From: Selaginella moellendorffii
Lineage: Eukaryota; Plantae; Lycopodiophyta
Length of the DNA: 64,000 nucleotides
Reading direction: 5' to 3'
NCBI RefSeq assembly: GCF_000143415.4
Contig: NW_003314340.1
Span: 62,001-126,000, forward strand
The notes beneath the pieces were generated by a model. It worked only from the letters and a program-made list of their open reading frames with translations. It was not told the origin of the DNA and did no database searches. Both the position numbers and the translations under genes were made by a program. This document shows, piece by piece, positions 36,559-54,270 of the stretch (position 1 is its first letter; every line of letters starts with the position of its first letter).

Positions 36559-37062
36559 GATACCTCAGCGCGCCGGGGCCGCTACATCCGGCCTCTGCCG
36601 CTGCAAAGACTTTGCGATATATACTCGCAGTGATCAACGCTTCCATCCATCAATTTCCGCAGCGAGCGTCGGGTGGAAGCGGACAAGACGACGCAGTGCC
36701 AAAGCGTGCCCGAGAGGATGAATCGAGAGAGAATACGGCAGACGATGGAAAGCAAGCGAGCAGCGGCGACCAGCGAGCACCAGCCTTTTGCACGAAATCT
36801 TTCTTTATCTTTTTCCGTTGGAAAGCCACTGTCAGCTGAAAAGGGAGCTCCCCTCCGCCCAGCGTCACTTTGGTAAAAGCGATGAACATTCAAAGCCTGT
36901 GCTTCGGCTGGAGGAGTCTCTTTTTCCTTTCGAGTGTTGCAGCAATTCGGTGAAATCCATCCATCTCCGACACTCGAGAAACTAATCGCATGCTCGGAAT
37001 CGGTGTCAACTTAAAATAAAACCAATGGCACGATTAGAAAGCGAAAGCCAAAAATCGCGTTG

Positions 37063-37170
37063 AGCTAAACTAAAGGTAGCAACTCGAAACATAGAAACCT
37101 GCGATGTAGCTAAACTAAAGCTAGCAACTCGTAATGTAGAAACCTGCGACGTAGCTAAACTAAAGCTAGC
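37063..37170. repeat. ~44-bp tandem repeat, ~2.4 copies
   Basis: agctaaactaaag(g/c)tagcaactcg...tagaaacctgcga(t/c)gt is repeated. Confidence 0.8.
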
Positions 37171-37175
37171 TGAGA

Positions 37176-38316
37176 CTACTTACCTCCACATGAAAACCTG
37201 CGACGCGGAGGTATGCTGACAAAGAATGGCTTGTCCGAGATCTTCTTCCACCCCTCTTCTTTGTTCTTTTTTCTCCTCAATCCACTGTACTCCGTCTGGA
37301 GCCGCAGCGTCTTTCCCTTGAACACGTTCGTCCGGTCCTTGAAAGTTGTCGTGAAATCGCTGTCGGCGTGCTGGAACAGCTTCTTTTGCTTCTCCTCTTG
37401 CCTCAGAGTCTCAAACCTCGTCACGTATGGTCCAACCGTCGTTATGTGCATGTGTCTCCACAGCTCTGGCGGTGGCTTCTTCTTTATCCGTCTCGACCTC
37501 TTCATGTCGTCTGCGCAATCCCGCATTTTTCTCGCCTCCTTGATTTTGGCCTCCACCTGGTTTGGCGCCCCGAGAACTGCGAGACATGGAGAGTAATACA
37601 CTCCTTTGATAGCTTCAGTGCCCAGCTGCAAGACATAGTTCGTAAGCGATCTAAAGACAAAAGAAAATCAAAAACAAAAACTCGTACTAAGCAATGGCTG
37701 TTTTCCATGAACTTGTGCATCTCCTCCTGTGTTTTCCTTGCCGCTTCTTTGTATCTGTAGTTGCACTGCTCCTTGTAATTCTCAGATAGGTGCTGCTTCA
37801 CGTCAGTGGCCTTGGCCATCACGTCCAGCAAGAACTCTTTCCTAGCGTAGAAGCTGTGGACATACTTTCTGCTGTAATAGCCTCGAAACCTCTTCTGTAT
37901 CAACGTGGCCTTGTGGTTGAAGTACGCCATTCTGAGAGCCGTGTCCCTCGCCCGGGTAATGGAGTGATGTCTTTCTCGTCCCAAATGACCACGATACACA
38001 CGTTGGATATGAGTAGCAGCACAATTCCATTTCCTTAGCATTTTATACACCATTCTTCTTCGCCATGCGCACTGCGGGACAATTACCACAGCTCAAGAGG
38101 GTCCAGAAACAAAAACAGAAGTAGCATACCTGAAGCAAAATGACGGCATTGTGTTCATCACAGCGGTGCTCCTCCGCCACCCTGACGTTTGGCCAAGTTT
38201 TAGCTCCAAAACAAGCGAACACGGAGCAAGAGAGAAAAAACAACTACTGACTTTGAAGTGTCGACATATGCCTGTAAAACTTCCTCAAACCGCGTTCTTG
38301 CCCGTCCCATCTCCAT
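37176..38316 (-). CDS. SPATA17: IQ-motif protein, SPATA17-like (motile cilia / sperm)
   Basis: Three IQ motifs (ATHIQRVYRGHLGR, ATLIQKRFRGYYSRK) followed by HSFYARKEFL and SHCL|LGTEAIKGVYYSP, matching the SPATA17 'HYLLST..IPG.Y.SP' pattern. Confidence 0.75.
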
Positions 38317-38693
38317 GTTTTTCAAGCCTTCTTTTTCTTCTACACCATCTGGATCAAAGAAAAAAAAAACAGAAACAATCAGAAATAGAGAAACACGACA
38401 TACCTGATCGCTCTTCTTTTTACATGGAGATGAAAGAGCTCTCTCCCTAAACCAGCGCCAGGGGTAGCCACGGTAGGAACCGGATCAAACTCGTCGCCTC
38501 TGAAAGATCTCTCGAGTAAAAACGCTATGGAGCGAAGGAGCCACGGAGTGCTGAATGCGCCAATAGTCTCCATTGGTGCCCTTTGAGCGCCATGGCGGAC
38601 GGATTCTTCGCGATAAACGGTCCAGATGTGCGGACACAAGACCTAACGCCAATTTCAAAAGAGCAGCATATGCTTACGAATTTTCTTCCCTCT

Positions 38694-43440
<4,747 letters not shown>

Positions 43441-44668
43441 AGCTCGCGAAGAACCCTAACTAGGGCTTAGCGCAACAAAAAGGATGATACTCCAAAAAAG
43501 AGGGTAAGTATACCTTTAAGATTGCGTATCAAAATAAATGTGATGCCTCTTTGCGTGGAATAAACTTCCTCGTCGCCAACCTTTGTCACCAAGGGACGAG
43601 CAAATTGCCATAGAGATTCATACGTTGTTGTCCCAGATGAAACTCCAAGTGTTGCTATTGCTGGAGATGTTGATCCGGAACAATTAGACTCCATTGTCAT
43701 GATCGATATACAAGCATCTAAATCAATGTTCTATTCACGTACGTTGACTATCGGATCCAATTTTCGCAGTCTACAGTCTTGGAGGATTCCCAGCTTCATG
43801 GAGCACAGATACGAGTTCTAGGGCAGATTCGCACGTCTCTTGGGGATAGCTTTGAATTTCTAGAACCTTGGTGCCATCAATGTCTATATTTATGAATCAA
43901 CATGCCTAGCATAAGACTCCTCACCACGTCCCTAGTTTTTTTGAGTTCGTACAGTAGAACAAATGTTAAATTCGTGGTTGTTGAATGTTTGTTTTAGTTA
44001 AGCTGGATTCGACCGTTTCCAGAAGCCATTTCTTTTTCCTTGATCAAAGCTCTGATCCGTCAATTCCAGCCGGATAGTGTCGGGGGATTGATCCTCTCGG
44101 ATCATGAAACCCACGTCGTTTGTGTGTTGGAGAGCGAACTAGAAAAGAACTCTCTGCGCGAGCCGATATAAGTCGCAACCCTCCAAAAGCATTGTCGATC
44201 CAGACGTTGCGGCGACACGATCGATCAAAAAATTCAAAGAGCCCAAGTCAAGAAACACTTGTTTGGTTGATTGCTGATCGTCCACCTAAAGGGTTTTATT
44301 CGCCAGTGCCTGTCTATACAACGTATCTCTTCTCTGGGCCGTCGGATGTGAGGCTTGGGCGGACGGCTCCACGCAAAAGGTCCACACTTTTAAGAACAAA
44401 TTTTTACTTTTTTTTTGCGACTTTTTTTTTTTTGGCTGTCCAAGTCATGGTGCCCAATCTCTCGATTATCCGATTTATCTCTTTCACCCAACGAAAGCTC
44501 GAGTCAAATTTGGTGTCCGGAGTTTGGATCTTCCAAGTGGTGATCCAGCAGCCGTAAACAATAGAGATACTTCTCTTCACAGATTATATAAGTTTGTGTT
44601 TTGTGCTAATCTCTCTCCCTCTCTCTCTCTCTCTCTGTCTGAGCTCTCTCGGAGCTCTCTCGGAGCCA

Positions 44669-44936
44669 ATGATCATGGCCGCTTCATCGCTTCTCCGTGC
44701 TCGTTCCATGCTGCTCCTACTGCTGCTTCTAGCATTCGATGCCTCCCTCTCTCAGGCAGCATTGTACAAGGATACATCGCAGCCAATCCATGCTCGGGTC
44801 CAGGATCTTCTCTCCCGCATGACACTCGAGGAGAAGATTGGGCAGATGACACAGATCGAGCGAGAGAACGCTACCGGATCCGTCATCACCAAGTACTTCA
44901 TCGGTAAGACACGAGAGATACCAAAAAAAAAAGTGA

Positions 44937-44986
<50 letters not shown>

Positions 44987-47400
44987 CAGAGAGATCTCTC
45001 CCTTTACGACATAAGTTCTTCCTAAAGGTTTTTAAGATCTCTTGTGATCTTAGGGAGTGTCTTGAGCGGCGGAGGGAGCGTTCCAGCGCCCCGCGCCTCG
45101 GCGGCGACATGGGCGGCGTTCGTCGATGGGCTCCAAGACGGGGCACTGGCGACGAGGCTGGGGATTCCAATCATCTATGGCATCGACGCTGTTCACGGCC
45201 ACAACAATGTCTATGGAGCCACCATTTTTCCTCACAACGTCGGCCTTGGATCGGCCGGGTAAGCAAGAACAAGCCTTGTGGATCACTCGATATCGCTTCT
45301 CTTACTTTGGCTCCCGGCAGAGATCCCGACTTGGTTAAACGCATTGGCGCGGCCACGGCATTGGAAGTCCGAGCAACTGGGATCCAGTACACCTTTGCTC
45401 CTTGCGTTGCGGTAATCTTTCCTAAGCATTTTCCTTGTTCTTCGTGTTCTTAGACGACCTTAGTGTTTTTCTTTCTAGCCAAGCGATTTTTTTTTTTTCT
45501 CCTCGGTAGTGATGTATGAACTGAAGTCATTGTTCTTTCCAGGTTTGCCGGGATCCAAGATGGGGCCGATGCTTCGAGAGCTACAGCGAGCACCCGGAGC
45601 TGGTCAAGGCCATGACGACGATTATCTCGGGGCTTCAAGGCGAGACCCCGGCCAAAGGAGTTCCATACGTCGGAGGAAGGTAAGTTCGATCAAACTTGAT
45701 CTCCATTGGAAAGAGTTCTTACACTTTTTTTGGCTTTCCAGCTCCAAGGTCGCTGCTTGCTCAAAGCACTATGTTGGCGATGGCGGGACGAGGAGTGGAA
45801 TCAACGAGAACAACACCGTGGGCAGCTACAAGCGTCTCGTCGGAACTCATATGCTGCCTTACTTCGATGCCATCGACAAAGGTGTGTCGACAGTCATGAT
45901 CTCCTACTCGAGTTGGAACGGGATTAAGATGCACAAAAACCGGCATCTGATCACCGATATCCTCAAGAAGCGCCTGCGATTCAAGGTGTGTGAAAATCTG
46001 TCATGCTCGAAGAGAAGTTTCTTGAGATTGGCTTTGGCTGAAAACTTTGCTTTTCTTTCTCGAGTTCTCAACTTTGCTTTTCAGTTCTTGGTTGGATTGA
46101 AAACTTTGGTTTGTGTTTTGGACTGAGTTTTCTTTCTCCTGTACTTGGCTGGATTGGGTTGAAACCTTTGCTCGTGAACTTTACCAACAGGGATTCGTGA
46201 TCTCCGACTGGCAAGGCATTGACAGGATCACCAACCCGGCGGGTGCCAACTACACTTACTCAGTGCTCGTCTCAGTGACTGCTGGGATTGACATGGTGAG
46301 AAAATCGTGCTTCTTCTCTCCCAGTTTACCAACTGGAGCTCTCTTTTTTCTACTCATTTCGCCAGAAGTTAATGACTTTTTGCTTATTCTTCTTGCCAGA
46401 TCATGGTGCCGTACGAGTACACCAAGTTCATCGACACTCTGACGTCTCTGGTGAAGCAAGGTTTCATCTCGCTGGACAGGATCGACGACGCGGTGCGAAG
46501 AATCCTCTTTGTGAAATTCACGGCGGGCTTGTTCGAGCATCCAAAGTCCGATAGCTCGTACCGCAGCCAGATCGGGGTAAGCCGCCCTTGAAGCTCGAAC
46601 TTTCGCATTCTTATCACGTAAACTTTGCTGCCAGGCTCACAGAGATCTCGCGAGAGAGGCCGTACGGAAGACCCTGGTTCTCTTGAAGAACGGCAAGAAT
46701 GCCAAGTATCCACTGCTGCCACTGAGCAAAACAGCCTCGAAGATTCTCGTCGCTGGCAGCCACGCGAACAATCTCGGGAATCAATGCGGAGGATGGACCA
46801 TCACCTGGCAAGGCGCTAGCGGCAACACAACTCTTGGTACACCAACTCGAAACTCTTAAAACTTCCATCACCATGTCCTCAAGAACACATCCATTGACAC
46901 AGCTCTCTTCCAATCTTCCAGGAACTACAATCTTGCAAGGGATCTCCAACACCGTGAGCAAGAACACCCAGGTTGTCTACGAGGAATCCCCGAGCTCCTC
47001 GTCGGTGAAAGGTGGCGGCTACGACTTTGCGATCGTCGTGGTCGGGGAGCCGCCATACGCCGAGACCCAAGGTGACAATCTCAACTTGACGATCCCACAG
47101 GACGGAGCCAATACCATCGAGAGCGTGTGTTCTTCCGTCAAGTGCCTGGTGATCCTCATCTCCGGGAGACCCCTGGTGGTAGCGCCGCACTTAAGTTCCA
47201 TGGACGCTCTCGTGGCGGCGTGGCTACCCGGTAGCGAGGGCCAGGGGATCGCCGACGTGATCTTCGGCGACTATGACTTCCAGGGGAAGTCGTCGAGAAC
47301 TTGGTTCAAGAGCGTGGAGCAGCTCCCCATGAACTACGGCGATGTCGAGTATGATCCATTGTTTCCTTTTGGATATGGACTGAAGATGGGAAAAAAGTGA
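44669..47400 (+). CDS. Glycoside hydrolase family 3 beta-glucosidase / exo-beta-glucanase, secreted, multi-exon
   Basis: [34 protein letters not shown], nucleophile [24 protein letters not shown]. Confidence 0.95.
44933..44995. repeat. (GA)n microsatellite in GH3 intron 1
   Basis: Direct reading. Confidence 0.95.
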
Positions 47401-47831
47401 TCTAGAGCGAAACAAAAACAAGGAGAGAGAGTGAGTGGAGCTGCGCTACTGTACCATTCTTTTTTTCGGTGGATCAACTTGCTGGCTGTTTGGATCTTTG
47501 TGAATAATTTAACGTCACGATCACGGTCTGATAGAGAGAAAAAAAGGCCATTTCGATCAACACCAGAACCCTTGTTTCAATCAATGAAAGTTCCAGAGAG
47601 ACGAACCTGGTGCTTGGGTGTGTCTGAGTTGAGTGAGTGAGTGAAGTTGGACTCTTCAATTACTGTTTCGAGCTATCCCTTTTGTTTGGAAAGAAAATGG
47701 TCACACGAAGAACCGGACAAGTTACTCTCATTGTGGAAAGCTCCCGACAGCTTGGCTATGGATTTGTCCGTCGAAAACACCATTAAAGTCCTGGAGAAGG
47801 AGAACGAAGAGAAATAAATCGATAGAGATAG

Positions 47832-49712
47832 ATGGTCATGCCTACCGGCTTGACATGGATACTTTTGATCTTGCTCGCTATCACTGCGTCGCAGGCAGCA
47901 AATCCCTCCCATCTCGTTCGAAATCTTCCCGGGCAGCCGCAAGTCCAATTCAAGCAGTACGCTGGCCACTTGGTTGTGAATGCGTCGGCGCAAAGAGCGT
48001 ACTTTTACTGGTTCTTTGAGGCCGATCACCAGAATCAAACATCGCAACCATTAGCTCTGTGGCTTTCAGGAGGTAAATCAATTAACAGCAAGCATGGAGA
48101 AGAGGAGTAAACTTACTGAATGCCTTGCCAGGACCTGGTTGTTCTTCCGTTGGAGCTGGAGCTTTCGGAGAGATCGGACCTTTCTCCGTCGATATTAGTG
48201 GTACTAAACTGGAGAAACGCCGCGATGCATGGAACAAAGGTGGGCTTTATTGTCGTTTGATTGAGCTTCTGGAGATAAAGGAGAGTTTTTGCAGCGGCCA
48301 ACTTAATATTTCTGGAGTCTCCTCATGGCACTGGTTTCTCTTACACCAACACCACCTCCGATTATACAATCTACAACGACGAGATGACTGGTAAGAGCAT
48401 CCAAGTAAAAATCGACTTACTTTCCTTACGAGAATTCTCTGTAGCCTCCGATAATCTCCAGTTCCTGCTTGAGTGGTTTAGAAACTTTCCAGAGTACTCG
48501 AAGAACGAGTTTTACTTGTTGGGGGAGAGCTACTCCGGTAAGTTATGCTACCGAGTCACTGTGATCTTTGATTTCAAGCAGTACGCAGGTCACTATATCC
48601 CGACTCTGGCTATGAAAATCTTGGAGAACAACGCTAATGGTAAGAACATCATCAACCTGAAAGGATTTTCGGTAAGATACTGTGAAATGGACGACAGAAA
48701 AGAGCAAGGAAGTAACCCTTTTTACCGCAGCTAGGAAATGCCTGGACTGATCCTGCTCATGACATGCGAGGCGATGTTGAATTTTACTACAGTCACTCTC
48801 TCATTCCAGAGCAGACTTACAACGAGCTGATCCAAAACTGCGATTTTTCCACCATGCGCCCAATCCTCGGAGGTTCCATGAATCCAAACTGTCAAGCAGC
48901 TTCGGCCATCACGAACCGCTTGATAAGTGGACTTAGTCACTACAACATATACAAACCTCCGTGTAAAAACGGGTCGTCTATCACGGTAAACTCCATTTGT
49001 TCTTTTCCATGCGATCTGAGGACAAGCTGGCTTGTATTTACAGTCTCAGTCCCTACACACAAATATGCTGGTGAATGCTTACAATCCTTGCGATGATAAA
49101 ACGGAAAGTTACCTCAATCAGCGAAGCGTCCAAGCTAGTTTGAATTTAGCAAGTTCAGGAAACTCAACAAACTCGTGGAAGCTCTGCAAGTAAATACTTT
49201 CATGCAAGTATGATCCTTATTTTACCAGCTTTGATCTTGTTTTGCACCAGCGCGAAGGCATCAGAGTATTACCAGGCATCCGATATAATTGTGTCCATGC
49301 TACCGCTCTACAAATCCTTGATCCAGAAAAAACTTCGAATCTGGATATACAGGTACTTTGCAAAAGCTTACCATTTTGGTTTTTCACCTCTCCTCGCAGT
49401 GGTGATGCCGATGGAGTGGTATCAACACTCTCAACGAGAAGCTGGATCAAAGAGCTGAATCTGACCTCGCAAACGCCATGGTTTGCCTGGAGCCACAAAG
49501 ACAAGGTGAAATAAATCCCCCGTGATATAGTCTTCAAGAAAAATCTTACACGAAAGGTAATTTCGCAGGTTGCTGGCTGGTCGCAAGCTTACAATGGATT
49601 GACATTCTTGACGGTGCTCGGAGCCGGTCATATGGTGCCCCAAGACAAACCACAGCAAGCTTTGTCCTTGTTTGAGCATTTCCTCAAAGGAAAAGTGCCA
49701 CCAGCCAATTGA
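47832..49712 (+). CDS. SCPL: Serine carboxypeptidase-like protein (clade II type), multi-exon
   Basis: NLPGQP, LWLSG|GPGCSS, GESYSG (Ser), YSGDADGVV (Asp), GAGHMVP (His). Confidence 0.93.
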
Positions 49713-50481
49713 TACCACTTACATGGATGCCCACTTTCATGTGGTTATTCCGATGAATTCTCGATTACCACCTCCTCTCCTCCTTACACGCAACCTCATC
49801 GCCTCCTTTATAAGAACACATTAGAAAGGTCCAGACAGAACATAATGAAAAGATACCTGAAGATCTTCATTCCAAATTAAGACATGGTTGCTTATCAATA
49901 TTCGCAGCATGCCTTGAACGAATTCAGTTACCTCAGAAAAATCTACACGTTTTGAACCTGTTTGTAAGGATCCAACCAACATCGAACAACATCAACATAT
50001 GAAGCGAGAGTCTACCTTATCGTTCAAGTGAAGCACGCCTACAGAGAACTCCCCGTTATTTGGCAACTAGCATTCCCACTGTGGACGAGTTCTCTTGGAC
50101 ATTTGTTCTCCGGGAAAGACGTTCCGAGTCGCTCACGCATGGCAGCGACATCACCAAGGTATCTAGTTAATGCATAATCAACGCATCTTTCTACAAAAAT
50201 TAAAACTGTACCTTTGGTAAGAACTTGCGTCAACTTGACCCTTCTTGATGAGTACGAAACTCCAAGATCGAGTGATTCCACCCAAACGAATGGATTCCAA
50301 TCGACAGGGCGTGAATGTTTGAGCCTTGCGGCAACTTCGCTGCCTGGAAGATATCTTCGTGTTCCATTCTGTTCTCACAAAACGTGTCATCCTCAAACCA
50401 TGAAAACCCTTACTTCCATTTCATCTATAGCAACTCTGACCATGGCCCTCATTGTTTAGCAAGAAGTCCCCGTCACTAGAA

Positions 50482-51300
50482 TGTAAAGACCTGCCTCGGT
50501 TCTTATAGGGTCTTATGAAAGGAGAGTGGAAACAAAACACTTCTGAATGACATATATACATGATTAATAGTTATGATTATCCTACACCTGGATCAGTGAT
50601 GTGGCAACTCATGCCACGTAGACTCTCATGTCATGGAGAGCATATATCTCTAACACTCCCTCCATGACATGAATCTGAGATCACTCTCCCTCTGCATCCA
50701 AGCACTCTCATGTCCATGACAGAAAATCTGTCCTCTCAGACCCTCTAGCTCTGCCTCTCTGGAACCCATGACTCTTTGCCTCCTGGATCGTTCCATGGCT
50801 GCTAGATCTCCCTCTCATGTCCAAAGCATAGCAAGGATGGACTAGGGAATACCTCAGTCCTACCATCGTCTCATCCTCAAGGCCAGAACCCTAACTCTGC
50901 CTCGTGGGAATACTCAGCACCTAGCCCAGCACTCAGCCCCACAACAGCTCTCCAGCAGCAATGCCTCAGCACCCTGCGCCCTCTCGTGCCTCTCAGCTCT
51001 TGCTCAGGAACATCCCTGCCTCTGCTCTAGCATGTGCCCTAGTGCCTTGGCACCCTCTCAGCCCTAGAACCCCTCTACAAGCTCTGCTTCTCTCTCTCTC
51101 AGCACCTCCTTAGCACCTCCTGCTCGCTTGGCTCCTGGCTAGTCACTGCTCAGTGTCGCCTGCCGCTGGTCCTCAGGCCAGTGTTGTGTGTGTAGGGCCT
51201 CGCTCACCAGCACCTGTGCTTGGTGCCTCCTCACTGCTGTGCCTTGTACTGGCTGGGCTTTGGTGCCTCGCTTGCTTTGTTAGTAGTCAATATGATAACC
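50482..51300 (-). mobile_element. Truncated LTR-retroelement end (short ~170-bp LTR plus PPT)
   Basis: TG...CA-bounded segment 50482-50654 abuts ctccctcc (minus-strand GGAGGGAG|TGTTAG, a PPT-LTR junction). No second LTR was found. Confidence 0.45.
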
Positions 51301-51329
51301 AGCCAACCAATGTTTCATCTTCAGGGAAG

Positions 51330-53560
51330 AAACTACTGTTGCTGCATTAGGGCTCAACGAATAGAGATGGCAATGAAGCTAATAAGCTTTATTTGGACCA
51401 ACAGAAAAAAGACAAAGTGGAGGGTATTTGTTTTCATTGCCACAAGATTAGATATTAAAGTAATGATTGCTCTTTTGTAAAGGGGTCGAAGAATGCTAAG
51501 TTGAATGTGGTGGAATCCATTATAAATACAGCTCATATGTATATTGTGGTGCCTCTTTTACATCCCGTGGCAAAAGTTTAAGAACCAAAGTCTCAAGTCT
51601 ATATCAACTTTATAAACTCAATGGTTCTATGGGGAATCAACTTGTGAAGGCCAAAAAGGGCATTCAAGGTAGTGCAATTAATATTATTTTCAATCCAGAT
51701 GCTATACACAACTTTTTGAGTTCCAAAGTGGTGCAAAAACTTGGCTTGTTTATGGAAAAGAGATTGGTAGTTTATATGAAGTGGTCATGGCAAATGGATA
51801 TAACACTCATGTTCACAATGAATAAGTGTTCCTTTAACAATTCAAAGAATTCTTGACCATCCTTTATTCTAAGTTATGAATATTGGCCACATAGATGTTA
51901 TTCTTATGAAGGAATGATTTTATAATAGAAAGTCAAGAATCAATTAGGAGTGCAATGCTTTATATATCAAAGTTGGTGGTATTGTGAAAGAAATTGTTAG
52001 AACATACAATGGTGATACTCCATTAATTAATGCTTTAAAGTTGGTAAAGTGCATATATTAGATAGATGGTTCTTTTATGGTGTATCCTTATTGTTTCAAG
52101 TTGGGCATCCTCTTGTGTATATGAATCATAGAATTGGCCTACTTGAGATAAAGAGTTGTATGTCGTGATTGCTACTATGAAGGAATGGCAACATTATCTA
52201 TATAGATTAAACTTTCATATGAATTCATACCATCAGTCTCTCTAGTATTTTAGTTGTTTAAAAAGATCTTTAATGCTATATTACTCATTAGCAAGAGTTC
52301 CTATAAGAGATGTCAGTTAAAAACCAATACAAGTATGGAGGTGACATTATCCAGAATAGTAAATTTTATCTCATTTATGAAGCTATCTAGCAATCTTTTA
52401 GATGAGATTAAGGTGTTTGTTAACTTCAACTCCTTTATCTCAAAGGGTTTTAAGCAAACTAGTGATAAAGTTCATTGAGATTACATGGCCGTAACTAAAT
52501 GGTGTCAATAGTTGGGGAAGAACTTTTGAGTCAATTATATTCGGGATGATGTCTATGTAAGCTCCTGAGTTTGGACTTCCCGGGAGGTCACCCAGCCCAG
52601 TACTATTCAAACCCAAGGACGCTTAACTCCAAATATCCCAATATTCAAACCCAAGGACGCTTAACTCTAAATATCCCAAAACCCTTAACTGATTGAAAAA
52701 GAAGGTGCACTCTTATTCATGGGCCCTTTCCCTCTATATTTGAACCCCATGGACCATCTCTCAAGTCGTTCCCTTTGGTTGTTTACAATCCACCACGCTT
52801 CCCTGCAAGTTCACGCCCTCATGAACGGAAGCTGAGAGCCGCAGCTCTCCCAAGAGCCCCACTCTCTTGACACCCTACCCCTTGGGTCGAGCCCAGCAGG
52901 AGCAAATTAGACCAGCCAGATGTGACACCCTACCCCTTGGGTCGAGCCCAGCAGGAGCAAATTAGACCAGCCAGATGTCAATCAACATGTGGTGTGATTC
53001 CCTTAGCCAACCAATAGAGTCGGACCCGAGACCTCTCTGATACCAAATGTAAGCTCCTGAGTTTGGACTTCCCGGGAGGTCACCCAGCCCAGTACTATTC
53101 AAACCCAAGGACGCTTAACTCTAAATATCCCAAAACCCTTAACCGATTGGAAAAGAGGGTGCACTCTTATTCATGGGCCCTTTCCCTCTATATTTGAACC
53201 CCATGTACCGTCTCTCAAGTCATTCCCTTTGGTTGCTTATAGTCTATAGAGTTGTTGTAGTCTGGTAAAGAAAGAGCAGCACACTTGTTAGCTCATGTAG
53301 CCTTACAGTGGTTCCCAAAGTGGCATAGAGTATAGATATTTCTAGGAGTAAACATGGAAAAATAAATAGAAAAGAGTTAACTTATAAATAAAAAAGTGAC
53401 ACACTTTTTGCTTCTGCCCACTAGCACCTTTTGTGTCCACTGCTATACTCAAAAGAAGGTAGCTAAATGAAAAATCTACAAATCTATCATCATTATTGGC
53501 TAAGTATACAAAAGAGCCTTCCCATATTAGAGTGGGGAAGGATCATAACAACCACACCCT
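51330..53560 (+). mobile_element. Heavily decayed Ty3/Gypsy pol remnant (host of the Cassandra insertion)
   Basis: Residual protease-like (DAIHNFLS ~51700) and RNase H-like (KEWQHYL, HQSL ~52180-52240) peptides among stops. Confidence 0.6.
52556..53241 (-). mobile_element. Complete Cassandra TRIM with 5S rRNA-derived LTRs
   Basis: LTRs at 52556-52787 and 53048-53241; 5-bp TSD GTCTA (52551-55, 53242-46); PBS TGGTATCAGAG; PPT-like GGGAAGCGTGGTGGAT. Each LTR contains GAGTTAAGCGTCCTTGGGTTTGAATAGTACTGGGCTGGGTGACCTCCCGGGAAGTCC, which is 5S-like. Confidence 0.93.
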
Positions 53561-53949
53561 TGTATGTTATGAAGTTACTCGCAACCTATAAGGCTTGAGA
53601 AATGTATTAGGCTTTTAACACATTCTATGAGGGAGTATCCCCTTGAGGTGGTGGCATCCTATTGGGAAGATCGAAGAACATGAAGTCAATCTTCCCATAA
53701 GGTGTGAGTTGACTATAAAACACAAATCTCTAAGCCCTAAAGTGGAGCTGAAAGGGTGCCACGTGGTAGTGGCCGAAGCAAAAGCCAAACAAGTGTAACA
53801 CATTTGGACTAAAAGCTCCAACTTGAAAAGTTGAGAGCGGGAGTGGAACTCCCAACAAAGTGTTCGAAGAACGAGCACAAAGCGAGTAATAAGTGAGTCT
53901 CTAAAAAAGGGACACAAAAGGACTAACATATGACACGTGGAAGTGTCTA

Positions 53950-54270
53950 AAATGGAGTTCGAGATGGATCTAAAATGGAGTCCGAGATGGACCCGAGATA
54001 GAGTTCGAGATGGACCTGAGAGGGAGTCCCGAGAAAGACCTAAGATGTAGTCTGAGATGGACCCGAGATGGAGTCCGAGATGGAGTCCGAGATGGACCCG
54101 AGATGGAGTCTGAGATGGACCTGAAATAAAGTTTGAGATGGAGTCCGAGATGGACCCGAGATGGAGTCCAAGATGGAGTTCGAGATGGAACCAAGACCAA
54201 GACCGAGACCGAGACTAAAACAGAGACCGAGACCGAGACTAAAATAGAGACCGAGTCCGAGTCCAAGTCC
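53950..54270. repeat. GAGATGGA-core 11-12-bp minisatellite in 5' LTR
   Basis: Many gagatggagtcc / gagatggaccc units, then gagacc hexamers. Confidence 0.9.

Noticed and set aside
36841-36862. miR159/319-like sequence (AAGGGAGCTCC)
   Set aside because: Only about 11 nt match, and the long miR319 foldback is absent.
52570-53125. Two 5S rRNA genes
   Set aside because: Only partial, diverged 5S blocks embedded in LTRs with PBS, PPT and TSD; they belong to a Cassandra element.
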